From an uncultured Verrucomicrobiae bacterium (GTDB lineage Bacteria; Verrucomicrobiota; Verrucomicrobiia; Chthoniobacterales; JAFAMB01), in NCBI GenBank assembly GCA_963762565.1, contig CAVXLD010000002.1, forward strand, positions 1 through 64,000: DNA of 64,000 bases. Direction: 5' to 3'. Shown here piece by piece: positions 30,774 to 41,454 of the stretch. Made by a program: the position numbers and the translations under genes. The notes beneath the pieces were generated by a model. That model made no database searches, was not told the DNA's origin, and was given only the letters and a program-made list of their open reading frames with translations. Within the stretch, counting starts at the first letter, position 1; every line of letters begins with the position of its first letter.

Positions 30774-30860
30774 CGAAAAGCTTGCGCTACAAATCCAACA
30801 ACTTTGGTATCTGGCTTCGTCTTTACTCAGTGAGGCCAAACAAACCAAACCGGAAAAAAC

Positions 30861-31232
30861 ATGTCCGCCAATATCTATTCCATCGACCCCACTGAACCTC
30901 TGTTCCAGCCAGCACAGACAAAAAATCCTTTAGCGAATCGGGAAACAAAAACCTCCTTCGCCAAGGACTTCGGCAAGCTCAGTCGAGTCGCTTCGACGGG
31001 CGAGTTAACCAGGGAAAGCTCGATCGGTTCACGGGAAAAACGAGCATGGGAACCAGCTCAGCCAGCAGTTTCAACAAAGCGCAAGATCGGCGCAATGCTT
31101 GCTGGGATACGGCCTTCCATCTGGCGCTTAGGCCTGATTGTGCATGGGGCTGCCGCGATCTTGGCTGCGCTATATCTGCTCGGCATAATGGCCTTCTGTG
31201 CTGCTTTGCTTTACCGCACGTTCATACACTGA
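30861..31232 (+). CDS. Hypothetical membrane-anchored protein
   Basis: 123 aa with a C-terminal hydrophobic segment. Confidence 0.55.
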   Translation: MSANIYSIDPTEPLFQPAQTKNPLANRETKTSFAKDFGKLSRVASTGELTRESSIGSREKRAWEPAQPAVSTKRKIGAMLAGIRPSIWRLGLIVHGAAAILAALYLLGIMAFCAALLYRTFIH

Positions 31233-31410
31233 CATCAATCCCGCGGTGCTAGCACGGCTAACAATTTCTCAAAACGCGGATCCTCCCGAACAAGGTCCCA
31301 AGCAGCATTGGTCTGCCGGTCTCCGTAGCTGATGTAAGCACCCGCCACTTGGCGTGGATTCTACTTTTCGGTAGAGCTGCTCACGCAGGTCCCCAAACTC
31401 ATCCAGAGGT

Positions 31411-31782
31411 GCCCCTGAAAGCATCTCCAACCCCCGGGCGTTCGCAGGGTGCAAATCGGGGAGGGCGCGCTGCCTGTCCGCCATAGCTTTAGCGACGGAG
31501 GATCCCCGCGCGCCGCGAGGACGTGCCACAACCCAAAGGGTATTTCCATCAGCGATCATAACACCTCCTCGGCTTCGGCAATCACGGATCGCGAGGACGC
31601 GATCCCTCCCGGGCGATGGGCCTATACTTGATCTATGAGCCAAGCGCCTCACGATGGCATCCGATATTGGGGCGCGCCGTGCGAATTCAGGACCAAAACC
31701 GACCTCGACCGCCACTTTCAGCGCGGATCTTATGCTACCCGACACCCAGGGCTATTCTGTCGGACCATTTCATGGTCGTGGG
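31411..31782. repeat. Composite REP element, family C copy 2
   Basis: GCCCCTGAAAG ... family C doublet ... CACTTTCAG ... GGACCATTTCATGG. Confidence 0.85.
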
Positions 31783-32385
31783 CTACAAAATATACAGAAT
31801 CGTGAACAGGAACACCCAGACGATATCAACAAAGTGCCAATAAAGGCCAGTGCACTCGAGGAATCCATGCTTCTGGGGTGTGATATTACCGGTGAGCGCT
31901 CTGATCAAACTAGTGATCAAGAGGATCACGCCGATGGCGACGTGACAGCCGTGAAATCCGGTGAGCACGAAAAAACAGGAGCCCATGATCCCCGCCGTAT
32001 TGAACCAGAACCCTTCGTGAAAAAGGTTTCTCCATTCATCGGCTTGGTTGCAGAGGAAGAGCGTGCCTAGCACGATGGTAAGTACCAGCAGCAGTTTGCC
32101 GTATCGAGTTCCCTTGATCAGACGCGCTTCGCTGAAGTGCAGCGTAAAACTACTACCGATGAGGCACAAGGTGGCTGCGATGGTCTTGATCAGAACGAAG
32201 CCGCCTTTTAAGCCCTCGGGCATCTGCCAGGCGGAGCCAGCACCCGCGCGGAGAACCATGTATCCACAAATCAGGCCTGAAAACAGCATCGCTTCTGAAG
32301 CCAGAAACGTGAGCATGCCAAAACGAACGACGTTCGGGCCAACTTTATGGGGGGCAGCATCGATGGCGATAGCAGAGGCACTCAT
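31783..32385 (-). CDS. coxC: Cytochrome c oxidase subunit III (short form)
   Basis: FLASEAMLF, FFVLTGFHG.HV, YWHFVDIVW. Confidence 0.93.
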   Translation of the reverse strand: MSASAIAIDAAPHKVGPNVVRFGMLTFLASEAMLFSGLICGYMVLRAGAGSAWQMPEGLKGGFVLIKTIAATLCLIGSSFTLHFSEARLIKGTRYGKLLLVLTIVLGTLFLCNQADEWRNLFHEGFWFNTAGIMGSCFFVLTGFHGCHVAIGVILLITSLIRALTGNITPQKHGFLECTGLYWHFVDIVWVFLFTILYIL

Positions 32386-32504
32386 ACTCAGGCTTTATGA
32401 TAGATCGACAATTTCCAAACAAGAACGAGCAGGGTTAGAAGAACAGCAAAAATCGTTAAGGCGATCAGCATCCGGCGATTACGTTTTCTTAGCTCTTCGT
32501 CCAT

Positions 32505-33425
32505 TTACGCTCGCGCCAAGACCAGGCATCCAAGCGTGACCGGCAAATAAAAGATCGACATTAGGAAGAGCCGGCGAGCGGCGCGTTCGGTGCCATGCAA
32601 AGCGAAAACGAAGGCCACGATCGAAAAAGCGAGTCCAGCGACCAAAGCGACCGGCACGTACCAAAAGCTAGTCAGTCCTAAAACGAAGGGCAGCAAGCTG
32701 ACTGACAGCAATCCCATACTGTAAAGTAGCGCCAGCCGGCCGGTGAGACGGCATTCGGTATCCTGACTGCTGAGCATCCGAAAGCCGGCTTGCCGGTAGT
32801 CATCCCGGTACAACCAGGCAATCGCCAGAAAATGAGGCATCTGCCAAAGAAAGAGGATGGTGAACAGGAGCCAGCTTTCCAATCCGGCCTCACCGCGAGC
32901 GGCCGCCCAACCAATCACCGGTGGGAGAGCGCCTGGAACCGCTCCGACGATCGTGTTCAGGGTCGTCACTCTCTTAAGAGGCGTATAAACGAAGACGTAA
33001 GTACCAATAGTCAATGCTGCCAGCAGAGCGGCCAGCAAGTTTGTGGTGACGCTGAGGTACACAACCCCGACAGCGCTGGTGACAACACCGATAAACAAGC
33101 CGCTATCCCGAGAGATTCGGTGAGTCGGGATCGGCCGGTTCTTAGTACGACGCATCCGCGCATCGTAGTCACACTCAAAGGCTTGATTTAAAGCCGAGGC
33201 GCCGGCCGCGGCGAGAAAGGTTCCGAACAGGGTATGAAAGAGCAACAACCAATCGATCGGACCGCGCCAGCCGAAGAGGAAGCCGACCAGCGTTGTGACC
33301 AAAACCATGGACGTCAATCGGGCCTTTACGAGCACCAAAATATCGGCGGCCAAGCTACTCGCCGGCAGCTTTGGCTGAGGGGCATGGAGTCCTGGCAGAT
33401 GGGTCTGTTCCGAGAGTGTGCTCAT
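32505..33425 (-). CDS. ctaB: Heme o synthase
   Basis: D..M.RT..RP, YTPLKR, GALPP.IGW, WQMPHF. Confidence 0.95.
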   Translation of the reverse strand: MSTLSEQTHLPGLHAPQPKLPASSLAADILVLVKARLTSMVLVTTLVGFLFGWRGPIDWLLLFHTLFGTFLAAAGASALNQAFECDYDARMRRTKNRPIPTHRISRDSGLFIGVVTSAVGVVYLSVTTNLLAALLAALTIGTYVFVYTPLKRVTTLNTIVGAVPGALPPVIGWAAARGEAGLESWLLFTILFLWQMPHFLAIAWLYRDDYRQAGFRMLSSQDTECRLTGRLALLYSMGLLSVSLLPFVLGLTSFWYVPVALVAGLAFSIVAFVFALHGTERAARRLFLMSIFYLPVTLGCLVLARA

Positions 33426-34567
33426 ACGGTTCCCAGCTCTATACCCCGGGTAACGCCAGAAGGCGATAGTCCGTTCGTATTATATCGCATGAGCCCGCTG
33501 AGTCCTACGGCCAGGAGGACGCCGAGCATCAGCGTCAATGCCCCGCAGGCCACGTGAGCAGTAGCGATATCAGCGGCCTTATTGCTGAGGACGGTCCAAG
33601 CACCAAGACAGAACTGCACACCCACAAGGAGCATCCACACCGAAGCGCAGCGCCGGAAAAACATCGGCAACGAACGTTCGCGCAGCAAGCGAACCGAGGT
33701 TGCGCACAAGCCGGCCACGACCACCAAGGCCAATAGCCGGTGCACGTACTGAAGCAAAATCAAAGCTGCAGACGTATAGGGTTGAGACGCAGCCCCACGG
33801 GCCTCATTGATCCGCGCAAGACTAGCGGCATCCAAAGGCGGGAACAGCTGCCCGTAACTGGCAGGAAAGTCGGTGATCGAGAGCCCCGCATGTGAATGGC
33901 GCATGGACGCTCCCAAAATGAGCTGCACAAAGACCATTGCTGTCACCACGATCGTCCAGCGGCGGTAAGAGGTGAGAGGTGAGATACGGGACGTGATTGG
34001 TGATTGGTGATTGGTGATTGGTTGGTTTCCGGCCGTTCGCGCTCGCTCGTTGCCGCTTATTCTCGTTCGTTCGAGTTGCTCCCAAAACCGGGATGTGACC
34101 AACGCAATGGTTGCCATTAACGCGAAAAAGCTTTGAGCCAAACAGCCATGAAAGAGACCAAGCAAGGCATTGTTTTCGGTCACCCGCAATCCTCCCAAAA
34201 CCCCTTGCACGACCACGGCGGCGACGGCAATGACACCGAGCGTTTTGACCCACCGGCGCTCCTCGATTATGAACAGGGCCACGCAGAGCGCCACGGTCAA
34301 CAGGCCAACGCCGCTCGCAATTAGCCGGTGGGTATGCTCGAACAAAACGCCGCCCACCCAGCGGGACACCGGGAAAAAAAACATGTTATAGCCGAAACTA
34401 TTCGGCCAGTCGGGCACCGACATGCCCGCTTCGTGGCTGGTAACTAGCCCGCCACTGCAAATCAGGAGCAGAACGCTAGCCGCCGCTGCCACCGCATACC
34501 AGTGCAACAATCTTTTCGGATTTGTCGCGCCAGAGCGCAGCGTCGGCGGAAGCGAGTAAGCGGCCAT
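33422..34567 (-). CDS. ctaA: Heme A synthase (COX15/CtaA)
   Basis: G.SVPDWP, EHTHR, HG.LAQ, VHR, TAHV. Confidence 0.92.
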   Translation of the reverse strand: MAAYSLPPTLRSGATNPKRLLHWYAVAAAASVLLLICSGGLVTSHEAGMSVPDWPNSFGYNMFFFPVSRWVGGVLFEHTHRLIASGVGLLTVALCVALFIIEERRWVKTLGVIAVAAVVVQGVLGGLRVTENNALLGLFHGCLAQSFFALMATIALVTSRFWEQLERTRISGNERARTAGNQPITNHQSPITSRISPLTSYRRWTIVVTAMVFVQLILGASMRHSHAGLSITDFPASYGQLFPPLDAASLARINEARGAASQPYTSAALILLQYVHRLLALVVVAGLCATSVRLLRERSLPMFFRRCASVWMLLVGVQFCLGAWTVLSNKAADIATAHVACGALTLMLGVLLAVGLSGLMRYNTNGLSPSGVTRGIELGTV

Positions 34568-34573
34568 TGTCCA

Positions 34574-36346
34574 CTAATGCGCCACAAATCGTGCGGTCTC
34601 CGGCGCCGGCTGGTTTTGAGGCAAGAAATCCTGGTCCATACCGGGAACGCTATACTCGTAAGGGCCATTGTAAACAGTCGGAGTGACTGGGAAATTCCCG
34701 TGCCCGGGAGGCGACGGGAGCGTCCATTCCAAAGTCGTTGAATTCCAGGGATTCCTGGGGGCTTTCGGTCCCTTGAACATGCTGTACACGAAATTCACGA
34801 AGAAAATAATCGTAGATGCCCCTAGACCGAACGCGCTCAGACTGACGAAAATCTGCAGCGGCTGCTGGCTCTGAAGGAAGGAATAGAGACTTGGGTCCGC
34901 TATCCGGCGCGGCATCCCGTTCAACCCCAGGTTGTGCATCGGGAAAAAGGTGAGGTTGAAGAACATGAACGACAAAACGAAATGCACTTTGCCCCAGAAC
35001 TCGTTCATCATGTGTCCGAACATTTTCGGATACCAAAAGTAGATGGCCCCAAAGATCCCGAACAAACTGCCGCCGAACAGGACGTAGTGAATGTGGGCGA
35101 CGATGAAATAAGTATGGTGAATGAAAAGGTCGACCGGTGTGGAGGCCATGTAAATTCCGCTGAGACCTCCAATGACGAACATGGACACGAACGCGAGGGC
35201 AAAGCACATGGAGGTCGTGAACCGGATCGAACCACCCCAGACTGTTCCTAGCCAGTTAAAAGTCTTAATCGCCGAAGGAACCGCAATCAACATGGTCGAG
35301 AATGAGAACGCCGACGATAACATCAGGTTCATTCCGCTGACGAACATGTGGTGCCCCCAAACGACGAACCCCAATATGCCGATCGCGGACATCGCATAAA
35401 CCATCGCTTTGTATCCAAAGATCGGTTTTCGCGAGAAAACGGCTAACATTTCCGACACCAGACCCATGGCCGGAAGAATCAAAATGTAAACTTCCGGATG
35501 GCCAAAGAACCAGAAGAGGTGTTGCCACATCAAAGGCTGACCGTAATTTTTCGCCTCAAAGAATGAAGTGCCGAAGTTAAGATCGAAAAACAGCATGGCC
35601 GCCGCCGCGGAAAGAACGGGAACCGCTAGCAGCAACAAAATCGCCGTGATGAAAAGTGCCCAGACCGGAAGCGGCAACCGGAACATTTTCATACCGGGTG
35701 CACGCATGTTGATAATCGTGGTGATGTAATTAACCGCGCCGGCAATCGATGCTAAGCCGTTTATGAAGATCCCGATGCACCAGAGACTTTGGCCCTCTCC
35801 GCTGCCATTATAGGCTCCATTCGCCGAGAGAGGGGCGTACGAGGTCCAGCCGGCGGCAGGAAACCCAGTCGGCACCAAGAAGCTGGAAAGTAGGATGATG
35901 CCGGAAGCGAAAAACATCCAAAACGACAGAGCGTTAAAGAATGGGAACGCCATGTCGGGAGCACCGATTTTAAGCGGGATCAGGAAGTTCCCGAAGACGC
36001 CCACCAACAAAGGCATCACCACCAGGAAGACCATCACGGTGGCATGCATGGTAACCAACCCGTTGTATCCCTGAGGTTGGATAGCGCCCGCATCCGTGAC
36101 CAACCACTTTGGCAGCAAAGTGCCTATCAATGGGATCGGAGCGCCCGAGAAAGCCAATTGATAGCGGACGCCCATGGCCAGTAGTCCGCCAATCATCAAA
36201 AAGAACAAACTGGCGAAGAGATACTGGATCGCGATCGTCTTGTGATCTTCAGACCAGATATATTTATTGAAGAAGCTGAGCTCGTGGTGGTGGTGAGCCG
36301 TTTCGGCGTGCGCCTCAGCCCCACTATGCGCGATGGTTTGAGACAT
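34574..36346 (-). CDS. coxA: Cytochrome c oxidase subunit I, A1 type
   Basis: TMH, GHPEVY, WGHH, AHIHY; D-channel (APDMAFP) and K-channel (AIKTF) residues present. Confidence 0.97.
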   Translation of the reverse strand: MSQTIAHSGAEAHAETAHHHHELSFFNKYIWSEDHKTIAIQYLFASLFFLMIGGLLAMGVRYQLAFSGAPIPLIGTLLPKWLVTDAGAIQPQGYNGLVTMHATVMVFLVVMPLLVGVFGNFLIPLKIGAPDMAFPFFNALSFWMFFASGIILLSSFLVPTGFPAAGWTSYAPLSANGAYNGSGEGQSLWCIGIFINGLASIAGAVNYITTIINMRAPGMKMFRLPLPVWALFITAILLLLAVPVLSAAAAMLFFDLNFGTSFFEAKNYGQPLMWQHLFWFFGHPEVYILILPAMGLVSEMLAVFSRKPIFGYKAMVYAMSAIGILGFVVWGHHMFVSGMNLMLSSAFSFSTMLIAVPSAIKTFNWLGTVWGGSIRFTTSMCFALAFVSMFVIGGLSGIYMASTPVDLFIHHTYFIVAHIHYVLFGGSLFGIFGAIYFWYPKMFGHMMNEFWGKVHFVLSFMFFNLTFFPMHNLGLNGMPRRIADPSLYSFLQSQQPLQIFVSLSAFGLGASTIIFFVNFVYSMFKGPKAPRNPWNSTTLEWTLPSPPGHGNFPVTPTVYNGPYEYSVPGMDQDFLPQNQPAPETARFVAH

Positions 36347-36353
36347 ACTTACT

Positions 36354-37226
36354 CTATTGATCTTTCGTTTCGGTTACACTCGAGAGTTTCGCGCCAGCCT
36401 GTGGTTGAACGGCCTTTGCTTTCTCTTGATACCATTTTTCGAAATCAGCTTCGGACACGACGGCAATGTCCGCCTTCATGTTGTAGTGGCCGGATCCGCA
36501 GAGCTGGTTGCACGCTAGTTGGTAGGTTCCAATCTTGGTCGGAGTGAACCAGACCCAATCGATCATGCGTCCCGGCACAATGTCCTGATAGACCCGAAAT
36601 TGAGGAACATAAAACCCGTGGATGACGTCCTTGGAATCCATCCGGATGTGAACGGGCCGGTTGACCGGGATCTCCAGAACGGATGAAGTGAAATTGTCCT
36701 TCGCGTCGGGGTCATCCGGGTCATTTCCGAACGGGTTGTCGTTGGAAACAAAGCTGGCCTCAGCCTTGCCGAGTTTATTGTCTGTGCCCGGGTATTGAAA
36801 AGAGAAGCCAAACTGGTAAGCGGCAACCCCTACCTGTAGGGAATTTGCGGGTGGCGTTGAATGCAGAACATCCGACCAAACGTGATTGCTGTAGCCCCAT
36901 AGCCCGATGAAGATCGCGGTCGGAACCGCGGTCCAGATTATCTCGAGCCGGTTATTCCCGTGACTATAAGTCGCGGGCACACCCTTCCGGGCTCGGTATT
37001 TAACGATGAAGAAAATGTAGACGATCTGGGTTATAACAAAAACAATACCGGTCAGGTACAGGATGAAGTAAATCAGCTGGTCGATGTACACGCCGCCTTC
37101 GGTGACGTTCTCCGGCATCCACCAAAGGTTCGAAGTCCGTGGATCGGCCCAACAGGTACCTAGGCCTGTCAACAGAACCGCCAGCACCAGGCTGCATCGA
37201 GCAAGAGAGGATCGCCAGAAACTCAT
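36354..37226 (-). CDS. coxB: Cytochrome c oxidase subunit II, no fused cytochrome c
   Basis: LEIIWT, DVIHGF, CNQLCGSGHYNM CuA site. Confidence 0.95.
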   Translation of the reverse strand: MSFWRSSLARCSLVLAVLLTGLGTCWADPRTSNLWWMPENVTEGGVYIDQLIYFILYLTGIVFVITQIVYIFFIVKYRARKGVPATYSHGNNRLEIIWTAVPTAIFIGLWGYSNHVWSDVLHSTPPANSLQVGVAAYQFGFSFQYPGTDNKLGKAEASFVSNDNPFGNDPDDPDAKDNFTSSVLEIPVNRPVHIRMDSKDVIHGFYVPQFRVYQDIVPGRMIDWVWFTPTKIGTYQLACNQLCGSGHYNMKADIAVVSEADFEKWYQEKAKAVQPQAGAKLSSVTETKDQ

Positions 37227-37305
37227 AAGGGGACGACGAGGTATTTGAAATACGGTACGAAGGTTTTGCTCTTTGTCATCAGAGTGGTCCGTCGCCGCAA
37301 GACTT

Positions 37306-37573
37306 GGTGGGGCGAGGCTCCTGAACGGCCAAACCATTTCCATAAGACCCAGAGCGAATGCGGCCCTTGCATTTGATCGAAGTTGACAGACGCGCCGAGC
37401 CGCTGGCCCATGGCGTACCACGTTCCTAATCGCGGCAAAAGAGTCAGGTCAAGCAACTGCACCACCTTGGTCCCAACGGCTCGGCGGGTCATTCGGCGTA
37501 CTCCCACCATTTGATCGCTCAAGCCATAGTCCCTGTTGATCACTTCCAGGCCGTTCGGGAGCCTCGCCCCACC
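37306..37573. repeat. Family A copy 4
   Basis: All four anchors present. Confidence 0.9.
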
Positions 37574-37614
37574 AAATGTGGGCCCTACCTCACCAAATAT
37601 CTGTGTCGCTATCA

Positions 37615-38376
37615 TCATCTCTGTTGGGGAGCCGGTGAAGCGCTACCCGCCGGTTGGCTTGCCGGTGACGCTCCAGGCGCTGGTTTATTCGCCGCTTGCT
37701 GTTCTGATCCCCCAGCCTTGGCCACATCTTTGCCCGGCAAGTTCATAAGTTCGGCGTAAGTCCATTGTTCCTTCCGATCCTTCAATTCGTCGCGCATCTG
37801 TTTTACTGCTTCAGGCGGGATCGGCGGCCCGTTGTTACCCCAATCCGAACGAACATAGGTCAGAATATCGGCCAGTTGAGAATCCGTGTATTGGCCTTCC
37901 CAAGCTTGCATCGAATTATTAACGCTTTGGCCCCTGATGGTTACTGGGCCTTGTAAACCCTTAAGCACAACCGCAATGAGACGGTTGCTGGCGTCACCTA
38001 ACACGATCTCTGAGCCGGCTAACGGTGGATATTGGCCAGGTAAACCCTGTCCAGTCGCTTGGTGGCAGGTAATGCAATTCGCGGAGAACAGTGCTTTCCC
38101 AATCACTTTTGGATCAGGAGCGGACTGAGGCCCTGAAGTGAGCGGACCGAATTTCGGCAAATAATCGAACACGTCGGCGCTGAAGCCTCCGCTGTAAGAG
38201 AAAAGATAAGCACCCGACCAGAATAGGCCGAAGAAAATCAAACCAATCAACCATCGCGGAATCACTCCGTCTCCTACCATGGGCACGGTCGGATCGTTGA
38301 TCGCCGTCTCGCCGTCTCGCCCCTTCACCGTTTCGCTTGGTCCGGGTGTCTCTAAGTGTTCTTCGTGAGAGCTCAT
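37615..38376 (-). CDS. Membrane-anchored monoheme cytochrome c
   Basis: TM helix, CITCH, YPPLAGS, distal Met (NSMQAW). Confidence 0.92.
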   Translation of the reverse strand: MSSHEEHLETPGPSETVKGRDGETAINDPTVPMVGDGVIPRWLIGLIFFGLFWSGAYLFSYSGGFSADVFDYLPKFGPLTSGPQSAPDPKVIGKALFSANCITCHQATGQGLPGQYPPLAGSEIVLGDASNRLIAVVLKGLQGPVTIRGQSVNNSMQAWEGQYTDSQLADILTYVRSDWGNNGPPIPPEAVKQMRDELKDRKEQWTYAELMNLPGKDVAKAGGSEQQAANKPAPGASPASQPAGSASPAPQQR

Positions 38377-38996
38377 TGTTGTGGGGCCGGAGCTTCCGGT
38401 AAAGCGTAGTCCCGCTTGAGTGAAAGCAGGTAAGCAACTAGCGCTTCCGCTTCAGCAGTCGGTACAACTTCATGACCAGGTCGTGGAGCATCTGCCCCCT
38501 CCAGCTTCAACGCGTTTTGTGACGCTTGTCCCACGATGGCTTGGTCCTGGAATAGCCACCGATAAGAAGGCATTGTCGTCTCCGGGTCGAACAATCGTGG
38601 GTCGTACAAGTACCGATAAAACCATTGGGCATCCTTTTGCCGGACACCAACGTTAGTCAGGTCAGGACCAAACCGAGAAACGCCCCAGAAAACTTGACCG
38701 TCCTTGATGTAATCCCGAGCCACGGTTCGGCGCTTACCCCATTCCCGGTCGATATCGCTACCTTCGCTCTTGTCGCGGACAAACTGGGAATGACAGGAAA
38801 TGCAACCGTTGGCCGCATACACGCGGTACCCCTGTTGCGCAGCGCCGGGTACATCGGGAGGAGCTACCTCTTTCGTGTTCGGATCGACATTTTCTTTCAG
38901 CGTAGCAAAGGAAAGGTATGGGTAGACGGCTAATCCCCACCACGAGAGTCCGAATAGGACAAACGTGCCGCCGATAATCTTGCTTAGCCGATTCAC
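38373..38996 (-). CDS. ccoO: CcoO/FixO-like monoheme cytochrome
   Basis: G.RVY...GCISCHSQ.VR, G.SR.GPDL, MPSY. Confidence 0.88.
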   Translation of the reverse strand: MNRLSKIIGGTFVLFGLSWWGLAVYPYLSFATLKENVDPNTKEVAPPDVPGAAQQGYRVYAANGCISCHSQFVRDKSEGSDIDREWGKRRTVARDYIKDGQVFWGVSRFGPDLTNVGVRQKDAQWFYRYLYDPRLFDPETTMPSYRWLFQDQAIVGQASQNALKLEGADAPRPGHEVVPTAEAEALVAYLLSLKRDYALPEAPAPQQ

Positions 38997-40453
38997 GCTA
39001 CTGATACCTCCTCATTGATCACCGGTTCGGGAATTTCTTCAGAATCAGGGGCCCAGGCCGGATTCACAAAGACGGTCAGTAAGGCGCCTAGGCCCAGCAA
39101 CGCGGAAAGTCCGATAAAAACGGCTGCGAGCTCGTAGCCAAGTAGAAATGGTTTGGAAAGATCGATCACCGCAGCAAACGGAACTTTCGGATCGATTAGG
39201 CCAAATCCTTGAAGCACCCCGGCAATGGTTAGATCAAAGACCAGCATCCCAAGAGCAACAATAGATAGCCAGAAATGCACTTGAATCAGTTTGGTGTACT
39301 TCCAGGAGCGTCCGATTAATCGCGGCAGGATATAATAAATCGCTCCGAAACAGACCAAGGTTACAAAGCCGATCAAGAAGAGATCGGTACGAGCGGTAAT
39401 GGCCCAGGTAAATTCCAGAATCCGGTTTACTGATCGAAAGGTTGTGATGGCGTTCCAGATCCCCGCCAAACCAAACACCATACCGCCGGTCACAAGAAAC
39501 CGTAAGGCTAGGTTCGGTTTAATCAGGTCGAATGAACCCTTCATGGTGAGATGAAGGTTGGTCGCAAACGCCAGGATCGGCACCACCAGCAACACATTGG
39601 CCACAACGCTAGCGGTCTGGATCCAGGCCGGAATAGGTCCACCGAGGATCTGCGCGATTCCGGTCCAACCGCCAAATGCGAGCATCCCCCAGAAGCTGAT
39701 GACCGCTAGTTTTGCGCTATAAAGAGGGCGCCCGATCAATAAAGGCACAAAATGGTAGACGATCCCGATACCTAAGGGGGTTAACCACAGACTAATCAGA
39801 CAACCAAAATACCACCATTGAATCGCTGGTTCGGCCGGGCCGCCCACTTTAACGAATTGTAGGAAATCGTTCGCGCTTCCGTAAGCCCAGGCAAAAGAGA
39901 TAAACGCAATCAGTAAAAACGCCTGGGAAATGTAGCCGCCTTTACTTCGCCGGCCAATAACTAGTGCGACCGCCCAAATCGCCATGATGATTTCTGCCAG
40001 CCAGATCGGAAACGCGGCATACAGCGGGAATTCCAGCCATTCTCTTCCGGTGCTGCCACCACCCAATACGCCCCAAACACCAAACACCAGGCCAAGATTC
40101 CAAATAATCGCCGCCCACAATGGCAGGTAACCTCCGGGAAGCGGATTCTCGGCCATGCTGTCTAAGATCCAAATGGCGGCTCCAACACCGACCATGGATG
40201 CCCAGCCATACACGAGCAAATCCATGGCGACTGGGTAGACGCGGCCATACGTCAGCCAGGCAACATCGGGAAAAACTAACGGCGCAAATGGATCCGCCGC
40301 CTGGAACGCGGACAATGTCCACAGCGCCGCCGCTATTACGAGCCAGAAAAGGCCAGAGACAAAGAATAGCAGGATAGGACCGCGCAAAACAGAGCCGTTG
40401 CCGGTTGCAACCCGACTCACTTGAAGGTCCGCTATTTGGTTAGGAACAGGCAT
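38993..40453 (-). CDS. CcoN-like membrane protein lacking heme/Cu ligands
   Basis: LTYGR..P, G.EWLE, QWWY, YHFVP...RPLYS, YYILPR, HFW scaffold motifs; ligand His absent. Confidence 0.88.
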   Translation of the reverse strand: MPVPNQIADLQVSRVATGNGSVLRGPILLFFVSGLFWLVIAAALWTLSAFQAADPFAPLVFPDVAWLTYGRVYPVAMDLLVYGWASMVGVGAAIWILDSMAENPLPGGYLPLWAAIIWNLGLVFGVWGVLGGGSTGREWLEFPLYAAFPIWLAEIIMAIWAVALVIGRRSKGGYISQAFLLIAFISFAWAYGSANDFLQFVKVGGPAEPAIQWWYFGCLISLWLTPLGIGIVYHFVPLLIGRPLYSAKLAVISFWGMLAFGGWTGIAQILGGPIPAWIQTASVVANVLLVVPILAFATNLHLTMKGSFDLIKPNLALRFLVTGGMVFGLAGIWNAITTFRSVNRILEFTWAITARTDLFLIGFVTLVCFGAIYYILPRLIGRSWKYTKLIQVHFWLSIVALGMLVFDLTIAGVLQGFGLIDPKVPFAAVIDLSKPFLLGYELAAVFIGLSALLGLGALLTVFVNPAWAPDSEEIPEPVINEEVSVA

Positions 40454-40514
40454 ATCCCGGAGGTGAGAAATGAGAGGTGGGAGGTGAGAAGGGAGAGGTC
40501 GCAGGCCGATTGTT

Positions 40515-40842
40515 GGTGGGGCGAGGCTCCCGAATGCCCGACTGATATTCGCAGGGCTTACGGTCTATCCCAGCCTCACGGTGCGAAAGGCCGAATGGCT
40601 TGCCGACTTGTCCGACGTAGCTCCGCGCATTTTCGCCCACAGAGCTATGTACGAGGCGTAGTCGGAGCCGGACCCAGGGCGATGAAAACTGAAAGACCCT
40701 CTGGAGGTTAGAATCGCGTCCAGACAGGTGGCACATCTTGGGCCAACGGCTCGGCGGGTTCATCGGCCTAGCAAAATTCGGGGATTTAAACCGTCGCGAA
40801 CTCTGTAAACAATTGTCGGTCGATCGGGAGCCTCGCCCTACC
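40515..40842. repeat. Family A copy 5 (longest)
   Basis: Termini intact; (GTGAGAR)n upstream; partial extra terminus at 40849-40863. Confidence 0.88.
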
Positions 40843-40893
40843 AGATTAGAGCGTCGCCCCACCAAATTAGGTCTTATCATTCCAACATTCATT

Positions 40894-41450
40894 TTAATGG
40901 CCGGTGGGTGACGTAGACGGCGAAGCGCTAGCAGTCGGCTCCGGGCTCGAACTGGGTGAGCTAGCAGGTGAAGGTGCTGGGGTAGCACTGGCTGAAGGCG
41001 CCGGGTTTGCTGGCGGCGTTACTAGCGGCTGCGACTTGGGTTGGCGGCTGCCGGAGCCGGACTCGCCGCTGGAGTTGGACTCGCCGTTGGCGGGTTAACC
41101 GGGCCGGCTGCATGCGGATGGTTCGCGGACAAATCCTTCAGCACTAATTCCATCGCCCGGTTAATCGGGATACCAACAATCCCTTTCGATTTATCTACCC
41201 AATGATAGGTCGTCAGGATCTTCTGATTATCCGCGTTTAACTGAGCCAGATTCTTCAACCGCTCCGCTCGGGTTTCATCGGTGCTAGTGGGGATCGCTTG
41301 CTTTTGTAGGAACACGATCCAAACCAGGCCTAAAAAGACCAGCAGCATCACCAATGTCGTAACAACGGTCAGAGTAGAAACTTCCCGCTTCTCCCGCGTC
41401 TGCGGGACTCCGGCGTGACCGGTTTTGTGGGATTCGACGGCTTCGGACAT
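40894..41450 (-). CDS. actG: ActG-like subunit with Pro/Ser/Ala tail (frameshift near 41030)
   Basis: Single TM, YHWVDK..G.V.IPI.RAM; tail continues PANPAPSASATP...TGH* in another frame. Confidence 0.75.
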
Positions 41451-41454
41451 AGGA

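Noticed and set aside
40440..40988. ORFs over repeats (also 31269-31745, 49703-50124, 54861-55409) and 5' extensions of ltaE, coxB, rpsO and DUF5069
   Set aside because: They translate repeat DNA (e.g. REPRPT, LVGRGS) or antisense strands
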